DNA of 24,065 nucleotides from Halalkalibacterium halodurans (GTDB lineage: Bacteria; Bacillota; Bacilli; Bacillales; Bacillaceae_D). Of this stretch, positions 7,208 through 15,286 are shown in pieces; the stretch's first letter is position 1; every line of letters starts with the position of its first letter. Made by a program: the position numbers and the translations under genes. Under the pieces are notes generated by a model, which saw only the letters and a program-made list of their open reading frames with translations, had not been told where the DNA came from and ran no database searches. The DNA lies in the NCBI RefSeq assembly GCF_004376175.1, contig NZ_SNUY01000054.1, positions 1 to 24,065 on the forward strand. The letters run 5' to 3'.

Positions 7208-9482
7208 ACTCACTAATCTTTCTCATAATGGCACCGATGGCATAAGAATCAGAAGGTCTCATGGATGATGCATCTTTTCCAAAACATTCGCACCAAATCT
7301 CCATATTGCAGACAAGGGTCCTTTTTACTGTTCCAACACGGGTGCCACCGCCAAACTCGCTACCACCGAGGAAGTTTCTACGCTCGTACAAAGACATCGT
7401 GTCCCAATCATCCGGTAAGAGCGTATCCAAGTAAGTGCGAACTAGTCCTTCTCGTTCATCTGTTTCCATAGCATCTGCCTGTTCACTGGTTGCCATGGTT
7501 ACATCATCACCTTCAAGGTAGAGTTTTTCGCCCTTCTCATAAAGAACTAGAGCCTCTGCCCAAATCTGCTGTACTTCTTCTTTAGTCATCTGCCAAGCTT
7601 TCTTTCTACTGTTACCACTAATGCGGACTGGCCAAAATCTGCGGTTGCCCGTAATATCACGAAGAAAACCGCTTTCCGCATTGGTAGAACCTACAATCAC
7701 GCATTGACGGGGATGGCTTTCGACGTTGACCCCATAACTTGCCCGGTACTTATCGTCCGCCCTCGAAATAAAGGACTTCACAATCTCCACATCCGTCTTA
7801 CGCATTCCCGCAAGTTCACCTAGTTCCAACAACCAATATCCTTGAAGTTTTTCAGCACCTGATTTATCTTTCATGTCTGTAATAGTCAAACTGTCTGAAA
7901 ACCAATCTCCAGCAAGCTTAGCAAAGAAGGTTGATTTACCGATGCCTTGAGGACCGTTTAAGATCAAAACACTATCAAACTTTGTGCCTGGTCTATAAAT
8001 ACGGGCTACCGCTGCAACCATCGTTTTGCGAATAATTGCTTTTGTGTAAGAATTATCTGTTGCACCGAAATAATCAATTAGTAGATTTTCTACTCGGCTA
8101 ATACCATCCCATTTTGGTAGGGAATCTAGGTACTCCTTAACAGGGTGGTAGGCTCGTTCAGCCGCTACCGCTAACACAGCATCCTTGGTCTTGGTAGGAG
8201 AATAGACCCCGTATTTGCCGCTTAAGTACACCTTCAGCAGTGCATTGTCTGAATCATTCCAACCCGCCTTGATCTGTTCCCAAGGCAGACCACCTTTGGC
8301 ATCAATACCATCACGGTGGCAGTTGAAAGCGATATGCTGTAAATCCTTATCATGCCTAATAATCAGGACGATGTTGTCTAATGTGTCTTTTATCCGACCT
8401 TGCTTATCCAATTCCAAACCTGTCTGCCAATCCTCATCACTAAACTCCTCTTCAGCTTGGGCTTGTCTTTCCTTAGCAAACTCAGATTTTACCACTTCAT
8501 CTTTTATAGCAAACTCGCACATTGCCACAAAAGACGGCATCTTACTAGGAGCTATAGTAGTGGAAGCTCTATCATCTAAAGTACCGAATTTATGAATACG
8601 AACGAGATCAAAAGCATTTAACAGCAGGCCACTTGCAGGATCAGTAGCATGGTGGCTGTATGCGAATTTATCATCATAGATAATCACACCCGCACTACTG
8701 TCGGCTGGAATATAGTCATAGCGACCTTCCATAGCAGATGGTGCATAAATTGCACCTAAGAATTTCTCTATTGCTTCACGAACGGGATAGGCACGACAGA
8801 ATGTTCCTACCACACCTTCCTTTAAAAGAGGATCTGCTTGTTCTTTAAGACTGCGATTTATAACTTCAGACTGCCTGCTTGATACCGGCCAAGTTGATGT
8901 ATCCCGCCAGTTTTCATATTTTGAAAGATAAACATCAGGGTCAAGCAATTCTCCATCCTGCTCTTCATAGACAAATTCACCATTAGAGGAAGTGGATGGC
9001 CAATACATTATGCGATGGGCTTCATAAGTCGTATCATCGAAAAGGTCAATACCGATTTCTTTTGCCACCATACGTCCAACAGCTGCATATTCTTCTTCGC
9101 TGATCTCACGAGCAAGTGGAACGATAAGTCTGAGTCTTGGATTTTCCGGTGTGTGCTTATGGGTGGAGTATACACAGCATTTGAAATCGAAAAGCATACT
9201 GATTTGCTCCCAGATATCTGGTCTACCATAATCCATATCAAGGGTAAGCAAAGAACGGCAGAGAACATTGCCCTTCTTTCGCCTTCCTTCTTTTAAATGT
9301 CCTCCGACAAAGCCGCCCACATCTTTGATATCATCTTGCTGGCCCTTTTTAAGTTTCCGGTATTCTTCTACCGTTTCCGTAGTGCGTTGGGTTGTCTTTA
9401 CACGGGAGCAAAAATCCTCCCAAGAGATATCTTTGTTTTTCCATTTCTTGTCCATCCGGCTGTTGCCCACAGCGATTTTCAT
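7116..9482 (-). CDS. Phage/plasmid primase-helicase, VirE (virulence-associated protein E) family with an N-terminal primase-like domain
   Basis: This is a 788-aa protein with Walker A LNGPQGIGKSTF and a D5/VirE-like C-terminal NTPase region (GYWLLELGELAGMRK...CVIVGSTN...RRFWPV). The N-terminal region is typical of VirE_N/prim-pol proteins. The RBS is GGAGG. Confidence 0.9.
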   Translation of the reverse strand: MKIAVGNSRMDKKWKNKDISWEDFCSRVKTTQRTTETVEEYRKLKKGQQDDIKDVGGFVGGHLKEGRRKKGNVLCRSLLTLDMDYGRPDIWEQISMLFDFKCCVYSTHKHTPENPRLRLIVPLAREISEEEYAAVGRMVAKEIGIDLFDDTTYEAHRIMYWPSTSSNGEFVYEEQDGELLDPDVYLSKYENWRDTSTWPVSSRQSEVINRSLKEQADPLLKEGVVGTFCRAYPVREAIEKFLGAIYAPSAMEGRYDYIPADSSAGVIIYDDKFAYSHHATDPASGLLLNAFDLVRIHKFGTLDDRASTTIAPSKMPSFVAMCEFAIKDEVVKSEFAKERQAQAEEEFSDEDWQTGLELDKQGRIKDTLDNIVLIIRHDKDLQHIAFNCHRDGIDAKGGLPWEQIKAGWNDSDNALLKVYLSGKYGVYSPTKTKDAVLAVAAERAYHPVKEYLDSLPKWDGISRVENLLIDYFGATDNSYTKAIIRKTMVAAVARIYRPGTKFDSVLILNGPQGIGKSTFFAKLAGDWFSDSLTITDMKDKSGAEKLQGYWLLELGELAGMRKTDVEIVKSFISRADDKYRASYGVNVESHPRQCVIVGSTNAESGFLRDITGNRRFWPVRISGNSRKKAWQMTKEEVQQIWAEALVLYEKGEKLYLEGDDVTMATSEQADAMETDEREGLVRTYLDTLLPDDWDTMSLYERRNFLGGSEFGGGTRVGTVKRTLVCNMEIWCECFGKDASSMRPSDSYAIGAIMRKISEWNKYTGNKNGTSNFPIYGKQRAYSRVEEQS

Positions 9483-9913
9483 AAGCTTTCGACCTCCTCA
9501 TGCTCCGGACTAAAATACCTGACCGTTTGTCTACGTTTCTTGGCTACTTCAATCTCCCTTGCCATACCGCTTGAAATGGTATTGCCTAGCACCCAAACCT
9601 CGGAGCATTTACCCATGAGCACGATGTCCATAAAAATGGCAAGTTCCCGTTCCTCAGGATTTTCATCATCCATAAACTGCGGAAACATAAGGTGGGGAGC
9701 AATTGGTATACAATTACTTTCCAAGGCAAACCTGCAAAAGCTACGAGCCTTTTCAACGTTTCCTTCTACATCACCGGAATAGGGAGAACAGATATATACA
9801 AGCGGCTTAAAGGCAGATTTTTTCTCTGCCTTTTCCTTTCTCATTATGTTGGTTAGTGCTTCATGGGGAGTTGGGTCATGGTATCCTTCATGGTTAAATT
9901 TGTTGATTCCCAT
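9479..9913 (-). CDS. Nucleoside 2-deoxyribosyltransferase-like (DUF4406/DUF1937-type) phage protein
   Basis: The core LVYICSPYSGD...NVEKARSFCRFALESNCIPIAPHLMFPQFMDD..ERELAIFMDIVLMGKCSEVWVLG..ISSGMAREIEVA resembles that fold family. The assignment is from memory of the family pattern only. Both gene ends overlap their neighbours (TAATG at 9913, a 4-nt overlap at 9479-9482). Confidence 0.5.
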   Translation of the reverse strand: MGINKFNHEGYHDPTPHEALTNIMRKEKAEKKSAFKPLVYICSPYSGDVEGNVEKARSFCRFALESNCIPIAPHLMFPQFMDDENPEERELAIFMDIVLMGKCSEVWVLGNTISSGMAREIEVAKKRRQTVRYFSPEHEEVESL

Positions 9914-10665
9914 TACACACCCTCCATTTCTATCTGCGGCAAAATACCGTCCGCCTTCATCAGTTCGTAAATGAAGAGTCTGCCTTTTTGAGTCCAGTAT
10001 GTATGGACCTTTGTATGCTGTTCTCCGTTCCTACCTAGGTAGCTATGTGTCTTTGTACTGGTGTATTCTTTTTCCGCATGCTTCTGATATAAAAGCCAAA
10101 TGCCGCCTTGTTTAAACTGGACGCCCTTTTTATTGAGATAGCGGTTCATCCAAATAGCTGATTTACCGTAATCTTTGGCAATTGCTGATGTGGAAATGAG
10201 GTCTTTGCAATTTAAAACCACATCGTAATAGGACACTTTCGGTTTCATTTCTGCAATTTGCTGATTCTGAACAGCAACCGTACCTTCAAGCACTTTATTT
10301 TGTTTTCTTACTTGAGTTAGCTGTTGATTGGCAATTTGAAGTGCCCTTGCCATGATTGCTTCTGGGGAATTCCATCTTCTTTCTATTTCAAGAAAGTATT
10401 GGCGGCACTCTTTTCCTTTTCGAGTACGCTGTATCATGCATAGCTCTTTTGCCATATCTAATGTTATTTGATGATCTACAGCTGGTCTTCCACCTGTACT
10501 TTCCGACAGAAATGTCGAAAAGTCCGCCCCTTCCTCAAATCCGTACTCACACATTCTTGGAAACCATTTATCATAAGGTGTTTTTACTTCCAAGGTTTCA
10601 TGTAAATCACGACCGAGTACGGTTGGTCGTTGATTTTCATAATTGATTTTTACTAATTCGTCCAT
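9913..10665 (-). CDS. Phage antirepressor (AntA/AntB-type N-terminal domain plus KilA-C/ANT C-terminal domain)
   Basis: The N-terminus reads TVLGRDLHETLEVKTPYDKWFPRMCEYGFEEGADF...DHQITLDMAKELCMIQRTRKGKECRQYFLEIERRW. The C-terminus reads ISTSAIAKDYGKSAIWMNRYLNKKGVQFKQGGIWLLY. The ATG at 10665 is preceded by GGAGGT; the track start at 10683 is a TTG lying inside that RBS. Confidence 0.85.
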   Translation of the reverse strand: MDELVKINYENQRPTVLGRDLHETLEVKTPYDKWFPRMCEYGFEEGADFSTFLSESTGGRPAVDHQITLDMAKELCMIQRTRKGKECRQYFLEIERRWNSPEAIMARALQIANQQLTQVRKQNKVLEGTVAVQNQQIAEMKPKVSYYDVVLNCKDLISTSAIAKDYGKSAIWMNRYLNKKGVQFKQGGIWLLYQKHAEKEYTSTKTHSYLGRNGEQHTKVHTYWTQKGRLFIYELMKADGILPQIEMEGV

Positions 10666-10704
10666 ACGAATTACCTCCTGCAATATAGTCAGAGGAAAGT
10701 TCCT

Positions 10705-12720
10705 CTACCTAATAGCCACAGGAGGAGGCGTTTCCGTATCCTGCGTCCACACATAACGTAGACTGAAATCGTCCAACTCGTGGTCACTCGCGGTCACAGT
10801 CACAGTCGTGGATGCGGATGGAGACCAATCCTCGCTTCCGTTTATTTCGAAATCAATGTTGGGAGCAGCACGTTCCACATGGACGTCAACCGTTGCTTTC
10901 AAGTCCTCTGGATTCCGAACATCCTCGGGCAGCTGGAGCTCTCCTGTGAACGTATATGTCCCCATTGTCCAGTGGTCATATTCCGGTTCCCCGTCGTCCC
11001 ATACAACGTCCAATGGAACGTTCAATTCCACCGTATCTCCTTTTTTCAAGGCAACCTCCGCCTGGGACGGCAGACCTATGCGCGAACGTTCAACCCCAGT
11101 AGTAACGTGAATATCATCTAGATTGGAAACCGCTACGATTTCCTGATAACCAGCAACAGAAACCGTAACGTTGTCGCTTGCCATACCTCCATATTCCGTT
11201 TTAACGGTCACCTCCACGTGAAGTTCTCCTTCGCTGCTCGTGTCGAGCAGCAGCGTATCAGCGGACCCTGCAGAAGCATCATCAACGAACCATTCAACGC
11301 TCGTGATATCAAAATGGCTATGTTCATATTCCACCGTTAAGGAAATTTCCGTGCCAAGTGCGAACTCAATTGGTTCGGGTACTCTCTCACCATCGTAAAG
11401 GATTGTTACGTCCGGTTCAGATTCAAATGCGACAAAAGCAAACCCTTGTGTGTCAGCGTATTCTTCCGTCGTCGATCCTGTATTACCGATTAACGTAAGT
11501 TCAGAAGGGTTGTTCGCAAAAACATTTGACCAAAACTCAATCTCTGGATTGTGAATCACGACATCAGTAAGGTTATTATCTTCAAAAGCGTTAGGCCAAA
11601 TCTGCTCTACACTTTCAGGAATGACTACTTTCGTCAGCATGTTTTTGCTAAAAGTATAGTTATTAATAATGGTCAGGCGATTAGGCAGTTCAACTTCAGT
11701 AAGGTTATTATTGTAAAAAGCACTATCCCCGATCGCCGTCACACTGTCAGGAATAACGACAGACTCCAGTGCGTTATTCATAAAAGCAGCTGCGTTAATT
11801 CTTGTCACGCTGTCCGGAATGACCACTTCCTTCAACCGGTTATACTCAAAAGCATAGCTGCCGATGGTCGTCACACCATCCGGAATGACCACAGATTCCA
11901 GGCGATTCCCGGAAAAAGCATTTTGCCCAATCGTGGCCAAGCCGTTCCCATAGGTGATCTCGGTTAGTCTGTTGTTTTTAAAAGCATCTTGTCCTATCGG
12001 TGTCACACGATCCGGGATCATTAATGTCCCCAGCTGGTTTTCCTCAAAAGCCCGATCGCCAATCGTCGTGACATTTTCGCCAATGACAACGTTTTGCAGG
12101 CGGTTCTGGGCAAATGCCCAATTGCCAATCGAAGTCACACTATCTGGAATGGTCACTTGTGTAATAGGGTTCCTTGATCTAAACCACGAAGTATCCCCTG
12201 TGAAAGCATAATTCCCGATGGTCGTCAGCGTCTCAGGCAAGGTCACCGCTGTAAGCCGATTATCCTGGAAAGCCCGGTCCCCGATCGAGATCACACCATC
12301 CGGAAGGATTAATTCAGTAAGCTGATTACCATAGAAAGCCCGCTCCCCAATCTGCGTCACCTTCAATCCACCGATTTCACTTGGAATCTCCAGCGTGGTC
12401 GACGAAGAGCCGTTCCAGCCCGTGATCGTCGCTGTACCGTCTCCATTGTCAGCGTATTCAAAATCGCTGTCCATGTCCATGATTGTATAGCCGTGATCGC
12501 CATCATGTTCTCCTGACATTTGATAAGCCAGCTCTGAAGGAATCACCAGCTCGGTGTCTGTACTGTTATCGTGGGAATTTATCGTGTTTCCGTTATCTCG
12601 CTCCCACGACAAGTCAGCTGATTCGTCCGCGTTCACCTGCAAAACAGGTGATAATGGAGCCAATAATAAAACAATAATGACGAGCCATGAAGTCAATGTC
12701 CTGTTCCTTTTATTCACCAA
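10705..12720 (-). CDS. Secreted BspA-type leucine-rich-repeat protein with C-terminal Ig-like region and no recognisable anchor
   Basis: The signal peptide is MVNKRNRTLTSWLVIIVLLLAPLSPVLQVNA/DES. About 13 tandem 22-aa repeats follow the pattern V(V/T)IPDxVTxIGxxAFxxNxLxx. A beta-rich region with acidic stretches follows. The TTG start is preceded by AAGGAG. GC content is host-like, unlike the phage block. Confidence 0.85.
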   Translation of the reverse strand: MVNKRNRTLTSWLVIIVLLLAPLSPVLQVNADESADLSWERDNGNTINSHDNSTDTELVIPSELAYQMSGEHDGDHGYTIMDMDSDFEYADNGDGTATITGWNGSSSTTLEIPSEIGGLKVTQIGERAFYGNQLTELILPDGVISIGDRAFQDNRLTAVTLPETLTTIGNYAFTGDTSWFRSRNPITQVTIPDSVTSIGNWAFAQNRLQNVVIGENVTTIGDRAFEENQLGTLMIPDRVTPIGQDAFKNNRLTEITYGNGLATIGQNAFSGNRLESVVIPDGVTTIGSYAFEYNRLKEVVIPDSVTRINAAAFMNNALESVVIPDSVTAIGDSAFYNNNLTEVELPNRLTIINNYTFSKNMLTKVVIPESVEQIWPNAFEDNNLTDVVIHNPEIEFWSNVFANNPSELTLIGNTGSTTEEYADTQGFAFVAFESEPDVTILYDGERVPEPIEFALGTEISLTVEYEHSHFDITSVEWFVDDASAGSADTLLLDTSSEGELHVEVTVKTEYGGMASDNVTVSVAGYQEIVAVSNLDDIHVTTGVERSRIGLPSQAEVALKKGDTVELNVPLDVVWDDGEPEYDHWTMGTYTFTGELQLPEDVRNPEDLKATVDVHVERAAPNIDFEINGSEDWSPSASTTVTVTASDHELDDFSLRYVWTQDTETPPPVAIR
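11506..12396 (-). repeat. Coding tandem repeats (about 13 x 66 bp) of the LRR domain
   Basis: The periodic motif IPD(S/G)VTxIGxxAF...N.L spans aa 109-405 of the 671-aa protein. Confidence 0.8.
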
Positions 12721-13022
12721 TCCTCATTCTCCTTTCCCTTGTATGACTAGCTCACTGTTCACCACATTATGTTCAACATTCCCTGTTCAAAAATGGCTTC
12801 CGACTGGAACCTACAGAATATTCTATCATCAGCGACCGCCTTATTCGGTTAAAGCTTAGTTAAAGGATGTTGTGGAAAAGTGAGTTGTCCACCATACAGA
12901 ATGAACTGAATAAATAGAATAGAGGATCATCCGAACTACGGGAAGGCACGAAGACCTTCATGTGTTGACATCAATCGTAGCCACATTGTTCTCCAGCTTC
13001 CTCCCTCATGATTCTTCCCAGA

Positions 13023-13059
13023 TTAAAAAGCCAAGAGAGGAGCATCTTCTCCTCTCTTG
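13023..13059 (-). terminator. Rho-independent terminator ending the guanidine-operon/VOC-remnant transcription unit
   Basis: A perfect 12-bp stem forms between ccaagagaggag (13030-13041) and ctcctctcttgg (13048-13059), with a 6-nt loop. On the minus strand it is followed by CUUUUUAAU. Confidence 0.6.
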
Positions 13060-13119
13060 GCAGGTAGCTATTTTCAATTTTTCCCCACACATACTCCTGT
13101 GAAGTTTTATACGTTCACG

Positions 13120-13456
13120 TCAATCTTTGTTCGCGTCTCCTGAAAAGACTGAAATTGTCTCTATCAGTTTTTTACTACTATTTTAATCGTATTTCCGGAA
13201 GGATCTTCAATCGTCATGTCTTGATTGTCCTCCCTGTAAGCGTACCCGTAATGTTTAACATTCTCTTTTGCCCTTCTCTACTCTTCGTCAGTAAAATGAA
13301 GGGTAAAATACTTTAATCCTAATACATTTGTTGTCGGTTCAGGCAGACCCTTTCCTGACCAAATATTCATCCCAATGTGATGATGGTAGGCGGCCTTGAT
13401 ACAAAAAGCGAGTGTTCCTACATCGCTCCTGAAAGATACTCCGCTTTCCGTCTAAG
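13120..13456 (-). pseudogene. Remnant of a VOC-family ring-cleavage dioxygenase (CatE/Mhq-like), C-terminal part only, with an in-frame TAG
   Basis: My minus-strand translation reads VSFRSDVGTLAFCIKAAYHHHIGMNIWSGKGLPEPTTNVLGLKYFTLHFTDEE*RRAKENVKHYGYAYREDNQDMTIEDPSGNTIKIVV. The YHHHIG.N.W block and the ...EDPSGN.I.I ending are typical of type I extradiol/VOC proteins. The internal stop is at 13278-13280. There is an upstream stop and no start codon. Confidence 0.5.
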
Positions 13457-13534
13457 CTGGTGAGCGGCCTCGTGCTACGCACGGGGGTGTCTCATCATTG
13501 CTTTTTCTTCCGCGTTCTTTAACAAAATGCCCCG

Positions 13535-15286
13535 CTAACAGGATTCATTTAGTTGCAGTAACTTGCGCCAGCCCCCTAACGCTGTTATATCTTCTGCTCC
13601 GTCTGCTGCATATGCCTCACAGACAAAGCCCGGAACCTCACTGCCATCAGCAAGCTCGACTTTGCCAATACCAAGCGGCGCTGGAATCATCTTTGTAAAT
13701 TTCCCAAATTCGGAAAGCGGCATTTCCCAAATTTCTAGCTCAATTGATCCACCGCTGCCATCATTCTTTTTTATCATTCCAGGCTTTGCCGGCTCGGATG
13801 GCAATTTAACGAGTTGATATACCGGGGCTGACATGTCTTCACGCATAAAACGAGCACGGCACTCCTGCATTTGCTTTTCTAACGGTAACCCTCTCATGTG
13901 TAATCCGCAAACAGCAATCAAAGTCTTCTCTTCTTCGGATTGAGTGCTTGATTGCAAGAATAAATTAGCCGCTCCGCGAATCAAACCTTCCCCCTCTGCT
14001 AAGCCAAATATCGTGATGCCAAACGGTAGATGCACATCAGCCTCTCCTGCCGGAATCGCAACAGCGCACATATCTAGCAAATTACAATGATTCGTATAGC
14101 GTCCCATCTCACTGTTGGTTCCAATTGGATTTTCACGTACTTGGTCGCGCGTCCACGTTCCCCCTGCTGTCGGAAGAACGAAAACGCTATTTTCGAGAAG
14201 CTTCTGCGCCTGACGTTTATAGGCTTGAAGCTGATGTTGCGCCCGGAAAACAGCTGCTGCATCATACTGGCTTGCAGAACCAGAACGAAGCACCTCTTCT
14301 GTCACGGGGAAAGTCGCGCCTGGATGCCCTTCGACAAACTCCCCGAGTGACGCCCAGCGTTCTGCTACCATCGGTCCGCCATATAAAAGCTCAGCTGCAT
14401 CTGAAAGGAACGTAGTGTCGACATAATCTACGTCCACACCTAAGCATTCAATTTGAGCAACAGTACGTTCCCAGGCATTCTGATACTTATTAGCAAAAGG
14501 TCCATAAAACTCCGGTGCCTGCTTCGGTAATACAAACCGTTTAGGGAGCGATGCATTGGGCACTGGTAATTCCCGTGACCACGGATCCTCCTCCTCAAAT
14601 CCACGTGCCACACTGTCGACTAAAATAGCATCCTCAATACGATGGGAGAAAACCGTTACACAATCCAAACTCGCACAAGCCGGAACTACACCTTTTGTTG
14701 ACCAAGCTCCAAGACTCGGTTTATATCCAACTAGATTATTCAACAATGCTGGAATTCGGCCAGATCCTGCTGTATCGGTTCCTAATCCAAATACGGCTTG
14801 ACCACGAGCGACTGAAACCGCTGATCCTGAGCTTGAACCGCCACTAATTAATTCTGGACGAAGCGAATTATGAGTTTCACCAAACGGGCTGCGTGTCCCG
14901 ACTAATCCTGTTGCAAATTGATCGAGGTTTGCTTTTCCAACTGGAATCGCACCTGCAGCAATCAACCGCGCCACAACCGCCGCATCCTCGTTCGGCTGAT
15001 ACGCATATTCCGGGCAGCCTGCTGTTGTTGGAACCCCAGCTAAATCAATATTGTCTTTAATGGCAAATGGAATTCCCCAGAGAGGTGAACTCTCGATATC
15101 AAGAGAGTTCAGTCTTTCTAAGTAAGGATGGATCAGCTCAAGGGAAGGTGGAGTAATCCAAATATTCATGTCTGCGTCTGCTTTCGCTCGTTCAATAATT
15201 TCGAGAACAACTTCTTTTGGAGTCAGTTTCTTCCTATAATATTGTTCTCTTAACCATTCAGCCGTTAATTGATACGGAATGTTCAT
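13535..15286 (-). CDS. Allophanate hydrolase (amidase-signature family with C-terminal AtzF-type domain)
   Basis: The amidase signature is GGSSSGSAVSVA...GTDTAGSGRIPA and the protein is 583 aa. Its start overlaps the carboxylase stop (ATGA at 15283-15286). Confidence 0.9.
   Translation of the reverse strand: MNIPYQLTAEWLREQYYRKKLTPKEVVLEIIERAKADADMNIWITPPSLELIHPYLERLNSLDIESSPLWGIPFAIKDNIDLAGVPTTAGCPEYAYQPNEDAAVVARLIAAGAIPVGKANLDQFATGLVGTRSPFGETHNSLRPELISGGSSSGSAVSVARGQAVFGLGTDTAGSGRIPALLNNLVGYKPSLGAWSTKGVVPACASLDCVTVFSHRIEDAILVDSVARGFEEEDPWSRELPVPNASLPKRFVLPKQAPEFYGPFANKYQNAWERTVAQIECLGVDVDYVDTTFLSDAAELLYGGPMVAERWASLGEFVEGHPGATFPVTEEVLRSGSASQYDAAAVFRAQHQLQAYKRQAQKLLENSVFVLPTAGGTWTRDQVRENPIGTNSEMGRYTNHCNLLDMCAVAIPAGEADVHLPFGITIFGLAEGEGLIRGAANLFLQSSTQSEEEKTLIAVCGLHMRGLPLEKQMQECRARFMREDMSAPVYQLVKLPSEPAKPGMIKKNDGSGGSIELEIWEMPLSEFGKFTKMIPAPLGIGKVELADGSEVPGFVCEAYAADGAEDITALGGWRKLLQLNESC

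Noticed and set aside
9297-9782. 161-aa plus-strand ORF across the primase/DUF4406 junction
   Set aside because: It is antisense to two tightly coupled phage genes and has no RBS or recognisable domain.
10691-10706. Palindrome agaggaa-ag-ttcctct considered as the LRR gene terminator
   Set aside because: The stem is only 6-7 bp, the loop is minimal and no U-tract follows. It is kept only as a possible junction or att-related feature in the findings.
10780-12211. Several 85-138-aa plus-strand ORFs antisense to the LRR gene
   Set aside because: They are antisense to a clearly periodic coding repeat. They have no RBS, and their length is a consequence of the repetitive codon-biased sequence.
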